Shown here one piece after another: positions 1-7,396 of a DNA stretch of 19,141 nt. Each line of letters begins with the position of its first letter. The first letter of the stretch is position 1. The notes beneath the pieces were generated by a model. That model was not told the DNA's origin. It worked only from the letters and a program-made list of their open reading frames with translations, and searched no databases. This DNA is from Candidatus Nanopusillus sp. (GTDB taxonomy: Archaea > Nanobdellota > Nanobdellia > Nanobdellales > Nanobdellaceae). The stretch lies in assembly GCA_036845085.1 (NCBI GenBank), contig DAIUEN010000009.1:1-19141 (forward strand). Direction: 5' to 3'. The translations under genes were made by a program, and so were the position numbers.

Positions 1-81
1 TATAATAATATTGTAATAAGAGATATTGAAACAGAAGTATATATAAGAAACTCTACCCAAAGGTTTATAGATTTCATTTAA
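1..81 (+). CDS. 3' end of an unidentified CDS that starts upstream of the window (partial)
   Basis: Frame 1 is open from base 1 to a TAA at 79-81 (...YNNIVIRDIETEVYIRNSTQRFIDFI*). It converges on the rps19e stop 13 nt away. A 26-codon stop-free run is only mildly unlikely in DNA this AT-rich. No recognisable motif. Confidence 0.3.
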   Translation, partial: YNNIVIRDIETEVYIRNSTQRFIDFI

Positions 82-93
82 TTTACTAAAAAA

Positions 94-603
94 TTAGACA
101 AAAGTTTTTACGTAATCTACCAGATTAGGAACTTCTTTCTTTAATTCTTTTTTAATTTCTGTAGATATTTTATCTAACAATGATCTCCCTTTTTCCGTTA
201 TAACCCTTCCTTTTTTCTTTCCTTCTAATTCTTTTTTAACTAATTCTGCTTTTTCTAGTTGCTGAAGTATTAATCTTAATATTTTTCCATAACCCTTCCT
301 AAATCTACCAGGTTCCATTCCTCTCTTTACAATACCCCCATATTTTCTCCTTAACCTAGATAATCCAATAGGACCTTTAAGATATACTTGTCTTAATACA
401 GAAGCCGCTCTATAATACCACCAACCAGGCTCTCCATTATAACCTTCCTCTGCTGGGAAATCTGGATTCCTCTCATTTCCTGGCCTTGTTTTTATAAAAT
501 TTGCCCAATGTGGTGGTTTTACGATATCTCTATAATTTTCAAATAAATATTTTGCTAATCTTTCTACTAGTATATCTCCAGGTACATCATAAGGTGTAGC
601 CAT
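94..603 (-). CDS. rps19e: 30S ribosomal protein S19e (eS19)
   Basis: 169 aa. The N-terminus 'YDVPGDILVERLAKYL...VKPPHWANFIKT' and 'WWYYRAASVLRQVYLKGPIGLSRLRRKYGG' are characteristic of the eS19 family. Confidence 0.9.
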   Translation of the reverse strand: MATPYDVPGDILVERLAKYLFENYRDIVKPPHWANFIKTRPGNERNPDFPAEEGYNGEPGWWYYRAASVLRQVYLKGPIGLSRLRRKYGGIVKRGMEPGRFRKGYGKILRLILQQLEKAELVKKELEGKKKGRVITEKGRSLLDKISTEIKKELKKEVPNLVDYVKTFV

Positions 604-656
604 TTTATTCTATTCTAAAACAACCCTTATAAGTATATTATATTAATTTTACAATA

Positions 657-875
657 ATGAGCCATACAAAATTATTAGGTCCTGCTGCTAGATTTGGATC
701 AAGATATGGTAAAAGAATAAGAGATCTAGTTTCATCTATAGAAAAACAATACAAAAATAAGAGACTAAAATGTCCTTACTGTAATTATAAAGCTGTAAAG
801 AGAATTTCTTATGGAATATGGTATTGTAATCATTGTGGCAAAAAATTTACTGGTAAAGCATATAATATACAATGA
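657..875 (+). CDS. rpl37ae: 50S ribosomal protein L37Ae (eL43)
   Basis: 72 aa. Has 'GPAARFGSRYGKRIR' plus a C4 zinc ribbon, CPYC...CNHC, typical of eL43. Confidence 0.9.
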   Translation: MSHTKLLGPAARFGSRYGKRIRDLVSSIEKQYKNKRLKCPYCNYKAVKRISYGIWYCNHCGKKFTGKAYNIQ

Positions 876-1012
876 CTCAATATCTATGCATAAATTGTAA
901 AAGACTAGTAGACTCTGAGATAATTAAGAAAAAGGTTAAGTGTCCTTATTGTGGATCAAAAATATTAGTAAAAGTTAGACCAAATACTATTAAACAAGTA
1001 AAGGCTATATGA
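872..1012 (+). CDS. rpoP: DNA-directed RNA polymerase subunit P (Rpo12/RpoP)
   Basis: Not in the supplied ORF track because it is 46 aa. My translation is MTQYLCINCKRLVDSEIIKKKVKCPYCGSKILVKVRPNTIKQVKAI*. It has a CxxC...CxxC zinc ribbon followed by 'ILVKVRP', as in RpoP/Rpb12. Its ATG overlaps the rpl37ae stop (ATGA at 872-875). The rpl37ae-rpoP order is conserved in archaea. Confidence 0.8.
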   Translation: MTQYLCINCKRLVDSEIIKKKVKCPYCGSKILVKVRPNTIKQVKAI

Positions 1013-1209
1013 TAATAGAAATAAAAGATATAGACAGTACATTTTTAGAATCTTTAAAATTTTTAGAGAAAAATAATGAAATCTCTATAAATGAAAATAG
1101 AATAATAATAAAAAGTAATAATATAACTACCATAAGAGCGCTTTTAAACATAATTACTAGAGAATATAGAATATATGATAATCTTATCAGATACTTGTCC
1201 GATCTGTGA
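1009..1209 (+). CDS. pcc1: KEOPS subunit Pcc1-like protein (short form)
   Basis: 66 aa. 'NENRIIIKSNNITTIRALLNIITREYRIYDNLIRYL' aligns by eye with the Pcc1 core 'L.I.I.A.D..ALRA..NS.LRW'. Its ATG overlaps the rpoP stop. The position after rpl37ae-rpoP matches the known archaeal superoperon context. Confidence 0.55.
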   Translation: MIIEIKDIDSTFLESLKFLEKNNEISINENRIIIKSNNITTIRALLNIITREYRIYDNLIRYLSDL

Positions 1210-1684
1210 ATCGAATAAAATAGAAATAAAAACATTTAATTATTATCTGCCAAAAATTGGTAAATCTTTAATATATATTTTTAAATGTTTAGATTGCGGA
1301 TATAGGACTACAGAAATTATACCTTTAGAGAATAAAGGAGAAAAAATAATAGAATTTAAAATAAAAAGTGAAAAAGATCTCAAAAAAATATTTCTAAAAT
1401 CTCCTTTCGCTAAAGTAATAGTAAAAGAAATAGAACTAGAAATAATTCCAGGATCTGAATCTAAGTTCCAGATATTTGAATTAAGTAACTATATAAGAGA
1501 ACTTATTGATAGATTAGAAAGATCGAAAGTATTATTTATAGAAGATGAAGAAAAATTAAAATCGTTAGAAAATAAAATAAGATATCTTAACGATGTATTA
1601 GAAAACAAAAGAGAATTAACAATAATAGTTTATGATGAAAAGGGATATTCTGATATATATGAATTAGACGAAAAAATAAAATAA
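1175..1684 (+). CDS. ZPR1-type zinc-finger protein
   Basis: 169 aa. Has an N-terminal CPIC...(26 aa)...CLDCGYRT zinc ribbon followed by a beta-rich 'A domain' (EFKIKSEKDLKKIFLKSPFAKVIV..LEIIPG), as in archaeal ZPR1 homologs (COG1779). The ATG at 1175 is the only start before the zinc finger, so the gene overlaps pcc1 by 35 nt. Confidence 0.7.
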   Translation: MIILSDTCPICESNKIEIKTFNYYLPKIGKSLIYIFKCLDCGYRTTEIIPLENKGEKIIEFKIKSEKDLKKIFLKSPFAKVIVKEIELEIIPGSESKFQIFELSNYIRELIDRLERSKVLFIEDEEKLKSLENKIRYLNDVLENKRELTIIVYDEKGYSDIYELDEKIK

Positions 1685-1694
1685 AATATCTATA

Positions 1695-2072
1695 TTATTC
1701 GTTTGTTTGTTCAGTTGTCTGACCTTCTTGTGATGGTTTTCTCCAAACCCTAGCAAATGATGGCGTAGCTATAATCCAATCTTTTTCTACAGCTACAATA
1801 TCGCCATTAATTGCTTCAACTACAGACTTAATTCTAGAGATAACTTTTTTTATCTCTAAAAGATCTTTAGATTCATTTAATCTCCTCAAATCTACAAATA
1901 CTATTGTATTTCCCTCTCTTAAAGTATCTACTACTGCTTTTACATCTGAACTATCTTTAATTTTAAATACCTTTATATATATCTTTACTTCTTCTGCTTT
2001 GTGTACAGGGATTACTTCTACATATTCTTCTTCAGCATTCTTCTTACCCCTCTTGAAGATGTTAATAACCAT
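1695..2072 (-). CDS. sepF: Cell division protein SepF (archaeal FtsZ anchor, DUF552)
   Basis: 125 aa. 'YVEVIP....IYIKVFKIKDSSDVKAVVDTLREGNTIVFVDLRRL....INGDIVAVEKDWIIATPSFARV' matches the SepF core pattern (lr.G.ivi.dl..l...i.Gdi..i....i.tP). Confidence 0.8.
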   Translation of the reverse strand: MVINIFKRGKKNAEEEYVEVIPVHKAEEVKIYIKVFKIKDSSDVKAVVDTLREGNTIVFVDLRRLNESKDLLEIKKVISRIKSVVEAINGDIVAVEKDWIIATPSFARVWRKPSQEGQTTEQTNE

Positions 2073-2113
2073 ATATAATAAAGCTTCCTAGAAATTTATA
2101 TATGTTACTATAA

Positions 2114-2464
2114 CTACTTATTTTGTTTATTAATCATCTTTTCTATTTCGTTATACAAATTTGATAATCTTTCTTTATAAGCGTCTAACTGCTTCTTTAT
2201 ACTTTTTAACCTTATTTCTATTGCTTCTTTTTCTTCATTTAGCTCTTTCAATAAATCATCTTTATTTTTTTCTATTAATATTGTTTCTACCATTTTATAT
2301 ACTTTTCCTTCTTTTAAATTACTTAATTCGTTTATTGCACTATCTATTTCGGCTAATTTTTGCTGCAATTCTAAGTAAATCCTTTCACTATACAGATAAA
2401 CATTCTTCAAATTTTCATATTCTTCATATTTCCTTGCAAGATCTTCATTAATTTCTAAAGCCAT
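2114..2464 (-). CDS. pfdB: Prefoldin beta subunit
   Basis: 116 aa. Two coiled-coil arms flank a 'GKVYKMVETILIEKNKDDLLKEL' beta-hairpin segment (compare vYK.vG.vlv....ee....L). Size and context fit prefoldin beta. Confidence 0.8.
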   Translation of the reverse strand: MALEINEDLARKYEEYENLKNVYLYSERIYLELQQKLAEIDSAINELSNLKEGKVYKMVETILIEKNKDDLLKELNEEKEAIEIRLKSIKKQLDAYKERLSNLYNEIEKMINKQNK

Positions 2465-2494
2465 CTTTTATAATTTAAAATAAAAATTTTATAA

Positions 2495-4207
2495 TTATTT
2501 ATGCATATAAATTAAGTGGTCTTTTTCTCTAATAAAGAATCCATACCTTATTCCATGTAATACCTCTCCATCATTAGTAAGTTTCATAACATAACTTTCA
2601 GAAATAGCATTAATCTTCTTAAAAGGCTCTAATATTTCTATATTAATCATATAGTTTTCACTTACCCATTGCACTATCTTAGCTTTAAATTTCTTTGCAT
2701 CCTCATATTCATCCGATATATATCTAGCTATAACATAATTATCTTTAACTTCCTCTATCTCTATATTAAAAGCATCCATAAGTCTTATATATTTGTTATT
2801 TATATCGCTTTTATCTAAATAAAATATGTTACTATTTATATTAAATTCTCTATATCCCAAATTCACTTCTGGATGATTCCTTACAACAATCCTTTTAGGT
2901 AATTGAATACTCCTTACCTCTATTTTTATAGGATCTCTTATAATAAAAAATCTCTTAGCTTTTTTATCATATATCTCTCTATTATAACTATATATTTTAT
3001 CCCAATTTACTACAGCATCTACAGGACTTGGACCCAATTCTATAATATATTTTCTTATGGCTTCATTACTAATCCCTCTTCTCCTAAGTCCTTTTAATGT
3101 TGCTATAAATGGATCGTCCCATCCAGAAATCTTACCTTCCGCAATTAACTTTCTTATTTCAGATTTATGGAGTGGCATTCCTTTTGTTATTAAAGCTCCA
3201 TAACTAATGACTGTAGGAAATTCCCAACCAAAATAATCAAATATATATTTCTGCTTTATAGTATTAACTTCATGTTCTTTCATCCTAAATATATGAGTAA
3301 CCCCCATTAGATGATCATCTATAGATACAGAAAAATTATATGTTGGCCAAACCCAATATTTCTCAGCATAATTTTTACCATATTTTAATAAAAGATATGG
3401 ATGCGGATTTTTTATAGGATTTACTATTCTAAAAGCTATCCAATCCCTTACTGAAGGATTAGGATGATCTATATCAGTTTTTATTCTAATTACAGCTTGT
3501 CCTTCATCATATTCTCCATTTAGCATTTTTTCGAACTGATCTAAATTCCAAGAAATATCTTTATTTCTATATTCTGTAGGTATACCTTTTGCTCTACATT
3601 CTTTTATTTTCTCCGGAGGAGATAGATCTACATATGCATATCCCATTTCAATCAATTTTTTAATATAATCATAGTAAATTTCTAACCTTTCAGATTGAAT
3701 ATAAAATTCATCTACTTTATCATTTATTAACCATTCTGTATCCTCTTTTATTGAATCATATACATTAGGATCTGGCTTTTTTACTTTTGGATCTGTATCT
3801 TCAAGCCTTAATATAAATTTACCTTTATACATTTTTGCATATTCATAACTCAAAATAATGGCCCTAGAATGACCAATATGTAAATAACCTGAAGGATTTG
3901 GAGCAAATCTTGTTTTAACCTTATATTCTACAGCATTTTTTAATGGTGGCAAACCAATTTTTTCTTCTTTTTTCTTTTCTATTAACATTTCTGGATATTC
4001 GGATTCTAGCAATTTTTTTGCTTCATCTATAGATAATTTGTTTATTTCTTCACAAATATCTTTGATTTTTTTGATATATTCTTTGATGAATTGTCTAAAA
4101 GAAGGATCTTCCGCTACAATTTTCGATATAACAGAATTTACTTCTATATTCCCATATCTTAATTTATTATACAATGCCCACTTTCTTGCTAATCTTAAAT
4201 AATCCAT
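2495..4207 (-). CDS. gltX: Glutamyl-tRNA synthetase (archaeal/eukaryal type)
   Basis: 570 aa. Has the class I HIGH motif in 'RFAPNPSGYLHIGHSRAIILSYEYAKMYKGKFILRLEDTDP', plus 'WVWPTYNFSVSIDDHLMGVTHIFR' and 'MPLHKSEIRK' (a KMSKS-like loop). Confidence 0.9.
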   Translation of the reverse strand: MDYLRLARKWALYNKLRYGNIEVNSVISKIVAEDPSFRQFIKEYIKKIKDICEEINKLSIDEAKKLLESEYPEMLIEKKKEEKIGLPPLKNAVEYKVKTRFAPNPSGYLHIGHSRAIILSYEYAKMYKGKFILRLEDTDPKVKKPDPNVYDSIKEDTEWLINDKVDEFYIQSERLEIYYDYIKKLIEMGYAYVDLSPPEKIKECRAKGIPTEYRNKDISWNLDQFEKMLNGEYDEGQAVIRIKTDIDHPNPSVRDWIAFRIVNPIKNPHPYLLLKYGKNYAEKYWVWPTYNFSVSIDDHLMGVTHIFRMKEHEVNTIKQKYIFDYFGWEFPTVISYGALITKGMPLHKSEIRKLIAEGKISGWDDPFIATLKGLRRRGISNEAIRKYIIELGPSPVDAVVNWDKIYSYNREIYDKKAKRFFIIRDPIKIEVRSIQLPKRIVVRNHPEVNLGYREFNINSNIFYLDKSDINNKYIRLMDAFNIEIEEVKDNYVIARYISDEYEDAKKFKAKIVQWVSENYMINIEILEPFKKINAISESYVMKLTNDGEVLHGIRYGFFIREKDHLIYMHK

Positions 4208-4209
4208 TT

Positions 4210-4413
4210 TTAGAATACTTTAATAGCCCATTTTCCTTCTTTATAGTTTTTTATCTTTGATAATTCGGATTTTTCTGGATCTATTACTAACAGAAACCCT
4301 GCATATTCTTCAGAAAAGTCTCTAGAATTACAAAATGGACATGTTTGAACTTCATAATTTAGTATAGCCTTACAATTTCTACAAACTTTTATTTTTGGTT
4401 TTTTAATAGCCAT
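4210..4413 (-). CDS. spt4: Transcription elongation factor Spt4 (RpoE'')
   Basis: 67 aa. Has a zinc ribbon CRNC...CPFC followed by 'FSEEYAGFLLVIDPEKSELSKI...GKWAIKV', the Spt4 signature. It lies immediately downstream of rpoE' with a 1-nt overlap (TAATG). Confidence 0.85.
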   Translation of the reverse strand: MAIKKPKIKVCRNCKAILNYEVQTCPFCNSRDFSEEYAGFLLVIDPEKSELSKIKNYKEGKWAIKVF

Positions 4414-4988
4414 TACTTTTTCTTAGTAGTTTTTGTCTCTTTTTTTTCAACCTTTACATCTTTACTTTCTAGCCATTCCAATTTTCCTAATCCAGGTTGT
4501 TTCATAGTTAATGATACTTTTAAATTTACTATATCCTTATAACTTACAGTTACAACTCTTGCTTTTACTATATCGTTTACTTTTAAAACCTTTTTTGTAT
4601 TTCTACCTTGTAAGGCTTCTCTTCCAGATATAGAAACTTCGTCATCCATTATTTGAGATATGTGTATGAGAGCATCAACAGGACCAATTGATGCAAATGC
4701 TCCAAATTCTGCTATTGAAGTTATAATACCATATACTAACTCATTAATTAGTGGTACAAAGGTTATAGCTTTGAAAGTAACCTTATAGTATACTCCTCCG
4801 TCTTCTGGTATTACAATTCCTTCAGATATTTCTTTTATTTCGTTAATTGTGATTATCATTCCATATTCTTTACCAACATTTCCAATGAAAGATGTCTTAA
4901 GTATTTCTTCTATCATCTTTTTTATATCTCCTTTTAACTCTGTAGGTGGGACTCTAACAATATCTCTTAGCTCAACTTCGTAAAACAT
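4413..4988 (-). CDS. rpoE: DNA-directed RNA polymerase subunit E' (Rpo7)
   Basis: 191 aa. 'MFYEVELRDIVRVPPTEL' and 'GIVIPEDGGVYYKVTFKAITFVP' are followed by an S1 domain, 'VYGIITSIAEFGAFASIGPVDALIHISQIMDD'. Confidence 0.9.
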   Translation of the reverse strand: MFYEVELRDIVRVPPTELKGDIKKMIEEILKTSFIGNVGKEYGMIITINEIKEISEGIVIPEDGGVYYKVTFKAITFVPLINELVYGIITSIAEFGAFASIGPVDALIHISQIMDDEVSISGREALQGRNTKKVLKVNDIVKARVVTVSYKDIVNLKVSLTMKQPGLGKLEWLESKDVKVEKKETKTTKKK

Positions 4989-5058
4989 TAATTAGATTTT
5001 CAATTAAGATTTTTAAATTTCATATTATTTTGAAAATCTTTAATTCTACAATAAAAAT

Positions 5059-6468
5059 ATGGACGATATTTCTAACTTACTTATAAAATTTTACAAGGAA
5101 AATGATGAAGTATTAGAAGATATTGTAAAGATATCTCAAAATAGAGAAGTAGGTTATATGCTAAAAAATGGGAGTTTTGGTCATAGACCATCAAAAATAG
5201 ATACAAAAGAAGACATCATAAATTATATAAAAAAAGGTGCTTTATCTTTTCATGTATCGATTGAAAGATGGATAGACCTAAACGTTCTTAAAGAAACGAA
5301 ATCTAAAAAAGAATTAAATGAATATAGAATGGGTTGGGATTTTATAATAGATATTGACGCCAAAGATATATTCTTATCCATAATAGTAGCCAGAAATATA
5401 GTAAAATACCTAAAGGATAGAGAAATTGAAAAATTTTATATAAAATATTCTGGAGGAAAAGGATTTCACATAGCAATACCATGGGAAATATTTCCAATGT
5501 ATTCTAAAATAAGAAAAAAGGATGAAATAGTTGAAGAAGAAACTAGAAAAACATTTCCAGATTTAGCCAGAATATTAGCATATTATATATATAAAGAAGT
5601 AGAAAATAACATAATAAAAGATATTGAATATTATTTCTCTGAGAAAGAAATAAAAGAAAGGTATGGTGTAGAAGGTTATAATTTAAGAGAATTAATAGAG
5701 ATAGATACTATAGCTATTTCTACTAGGCATTTAATAAGAAACATCTATTCAATTAATGAGAAGACCATATCTTATGATGAAAAAAGTAGAAAAATATCTG
5801 TATCTTTATCAATTCCTATAAAAGATAAAGAAATTTTTGGAAAAGATATAGAATCTATATCTGAAAAATTGAAATCTATGTCTAAATTAGATAATTTTGT
5901 TTATGAAAATATTCCATTCCTGACCGAAGAACTTGATTATAAAGAATCTTCTTCATTAAAATCTCTAATAGAAGATGCTGTAACTTGGGAATATAGTAAT
6001 TATCTAAACCTAGATTTAAATTTGTTAGAATTACCAAAAAAAGAAAATAAGGAGGCTGAAAAAGCAATAAGAGAAATAAAAAAATCTAAGATAGATATTA
6101 CAGAAGATTTGTTCCCACCATGCATAAAAGCTATATTAAATGGAGAAATAGAAGATGGAAGAAAAAGGTCTTTATTTATACTTTTAGCATTTTTAACAAA
6201 TATCGGATGGTCTATGGATAAAATTGAAAAATATGTTACAGAATGGAACAATAAATTAAATGAACCTTTGAGAGAAAGGTACTTAGAATACCAGACAGAA
6301 TGGTTTAAAAAGAATATAAAAGCTGGAAAAAGTTATTTAACTCCAAATTGTAATAATGAAATATATTACAAAGATATGGGGGTATGTAAACCAGATGAAA
6401 TATGCAAAATAATTAAAAATCCATTATCATATCCGATAAAAAAACAGAAATCTAAAGAATCTAAATAA
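5059..6468 (+). CDS. priS: DNA primase: catalytic PriS (AEP) domain fused to a PriL-type C-terminal Fe-S domain
   Basis: 469 aa. AEP motifs are D98-I-D100 ('WDFIIDIDAKD'), 'SGGKGFHIAIPW' (131-142) and 'IDTIAISTRHLIRNIYSINEKT'. Residues ~345-460 read 'FPPCIKAIL...GRKRSLFILLAFLTNIGWS...YLEYQ...YLTPNC...GVCKPDEICKIIKNPLSYP'. These hold the protein's only four Cys (C355, C431, C443, C449), in a PriL-CTD-like arrangement. Confidence 0.85.
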   Translation: MDDISNLLIKFYKENDEVLEDIVKISQNREVGYMLKNGSFGHRPSKIDTKEDIINYIKKGALSFHVSIERWIDLNVLKETKSKKELNEYRMGWDFIIDIDAKDIFLSIIVARNIVKYLKDREIEKFYIKYSGGKGFHIAIPWEIFPMYSKIRKKDEIVEEETRKTFPDLARILAYYIYKEVENNIIKDIEYYFSEKEIKERYGVEGYNLRELIEIDTIAISTRHLIRNIYSINEKTISYDEKSRKISVSLSIPIKDKEIFGKDIESISEKLKSMSKLDNFVYENIPFLTEELDYKESSSLKSLIEDAVTWEYSNYLNLDLNLLELPKKENKEAEKAIREIKKSKIDITEDLFPPCIKAILNGEIEDGRKRSLFILLAFLTNIGWSMDKIEKYVTEWNNKLNEPLRERYLEYQTEWFKKNIKAGKSYLTPNCNNEIYYKDMGVCKPDEICKIIKNPLSYPIKKQKSKESK

Positions 6469-6847
6469 ACTTATTAAATTCTTTTTCATAGTTTATATAA
6501 AATTTTATATCTTCTAATCTATATTCTAGATCTTCAATTCTTACGGTCTTGAAATATCGGAAAAATCTTATTCTATATAAATCGTTTATAATTATACCCT
6601 CTGATTCCAATATTCTCCTAACAAATTTATATAATTTTTTTCCTTTTTTGTCATTATCTGTTAATATTATAGCTTTTTTATGATTTAAAAATAGATTTGC
6701 TTCATTAATTAATTCATATAACGTTATAACATTTTCTATACCTAGCTCCATTAAAACTTTTTTGTCTCTTTTTCCTTCAACGACAACTAAAAATTTTTCA
6801 TTTTTTATATTTTCTATAAGGTCTAAGAATTTATACGGATACCTCAT
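6461..6847 (-). CDS. Small Toprim-domain protein (COG1658 / RNase M5-like family)
   Basis: 128 aa. 'FLVVVEGKRDKKVLMELGIENVITL' carries the Toprim catalytic Glu and 'AIILTDNDKKGKKLYKFV' the DxD motif. Its 3' end overlaps the 3' end of the primase gene by 8 nt (convergent). Confidence 0.7.
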   Translation of the reverse strand: MRYPYKFLDLIENIKNEKFLVVVEGKRDKKVLMELGIENVITLYELINEANLFLNHKKAIILTDNDKKGKKLYKFVRRILESEGIIINDLYRIRFFRYFKTVRIEDLEYRLEDIKFYINYEKEFNKFI

Positions 6848-6904
6848 TATAAATATTATCTATATAACAAAAAATATATTAATTTATAAAAATGCTAATT
6901 ATAA

Positions 6905-7396
6905 ATGACGAGGGAAAGGATTATAGATAGCAAAATTTTCTCTTACACTGGATTATTAAATTTCCAGAAATTATATTCATCCATAAAAGAATTTTGGGAA
7001 TCTAAAGGTTTTGACTGTAATGAAAAATCTCACGAAGAAAGAGTAAAAGATGATGGATCAAGATCTATAAAATTGAATTGGAGTTGCGAAAGAAAGGTAA
7101 CTGATTATATAAAATACATATTTGAATGGACTTTAGAAATAGAAAATATGAAACTATCCGACTTAAAAGATACTAAATTAGAATATGTGGAAAATATGAA
7201 AGTAGTAATAAATGGAGATATCGATGTTGATTATGGTAAACTATGGGGAGACAAACCATTTAATATATTCCTAAGAGCGCTGTTTGAAAAATATTTATAT
7301 GATAGTGAATTAAGAGAGTATAAAAAAACTTTAGGTAAGATAGGAGAAGAATTTTTAAATTTACTAAAAGATCACACTGCATCATATAAAATATGA
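6905..7396 (+). CDS. Hypothetical protein (163 aa), first of a coupled pair
   Basis: Long ORF in a stop-rich, AT-rich background. It has a divergent promoter gap to the Toprim gene, and its stop overlaps the next ATG (ATGA at 7393-7396). I recognise no family motif. The predicted pattern is beta-alpha-beta(n)-long C-terminal helix. Confidence 0.6.
   Translation: MTRERIIDSKIFSYTGLLNFQKLYSSIKEFWESKGFDCNEKSHEERVKDDGSRSIKLNWSCERKVTDYIKYIFEWTLEIENMKLSDLKDTKLEYVENMKVVINGDIDVDYGKLWGDKPFNIFLRALFEKYLYDSELREYKKTLGKIGEEFLNLLKDHTASYKI

Noticed and set aside
1005-1235. 76-aa minus-strand ORF (MFLFLFYSIH...) overlapping pcc1/ZPR1
   Set aside because: It is a low-complexity F/L/I/S-rich translation, typical of the antisense frame of AT-rich coding DNA. 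It lies fully inside better-supported + strand genes.
1632-1653. C/D-like motif pair (AUGAUGA - 11 nt - CUGA) inside the ZPR1 gene
   Set aside because: It is only a single C...D' pair with no second C'/D set. It lies within coding sequence and is not a GC-rich island, so it is expected by chance in this composition.
2161-2451. 96-aa + strand ORF inside the prefoldin beta gene
   Set aside because: It is a shadow ORF: an L/F/Y-rich mirror of a K/E-rich coiled-coil gene with no motifs.
2903-3097. 64-aa + strand ORF inside gltX
   Set aside because: It is an antisense shadow of a confidently identified synthetase gene, with low-complexity composition.
5882-6251. Two minus-strand ORFs (61 and 83 aa) inside the primase gene
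   Set aside because: Both lie antisense to the K/E-rich linker and PriL-like region, have no start context or motifs, and have shadow-frame composition.
6889-6899. 11-mer AAAATGCTAAT shared between two divergent promoter gaps (6889-6899 and 13009-13019)
   Set aside because: My rough composition-based estimate gives about one such 11-mer match by chance among the ~900 nt of intergenic DNA. There are only two copies, at different distances from their start codons.
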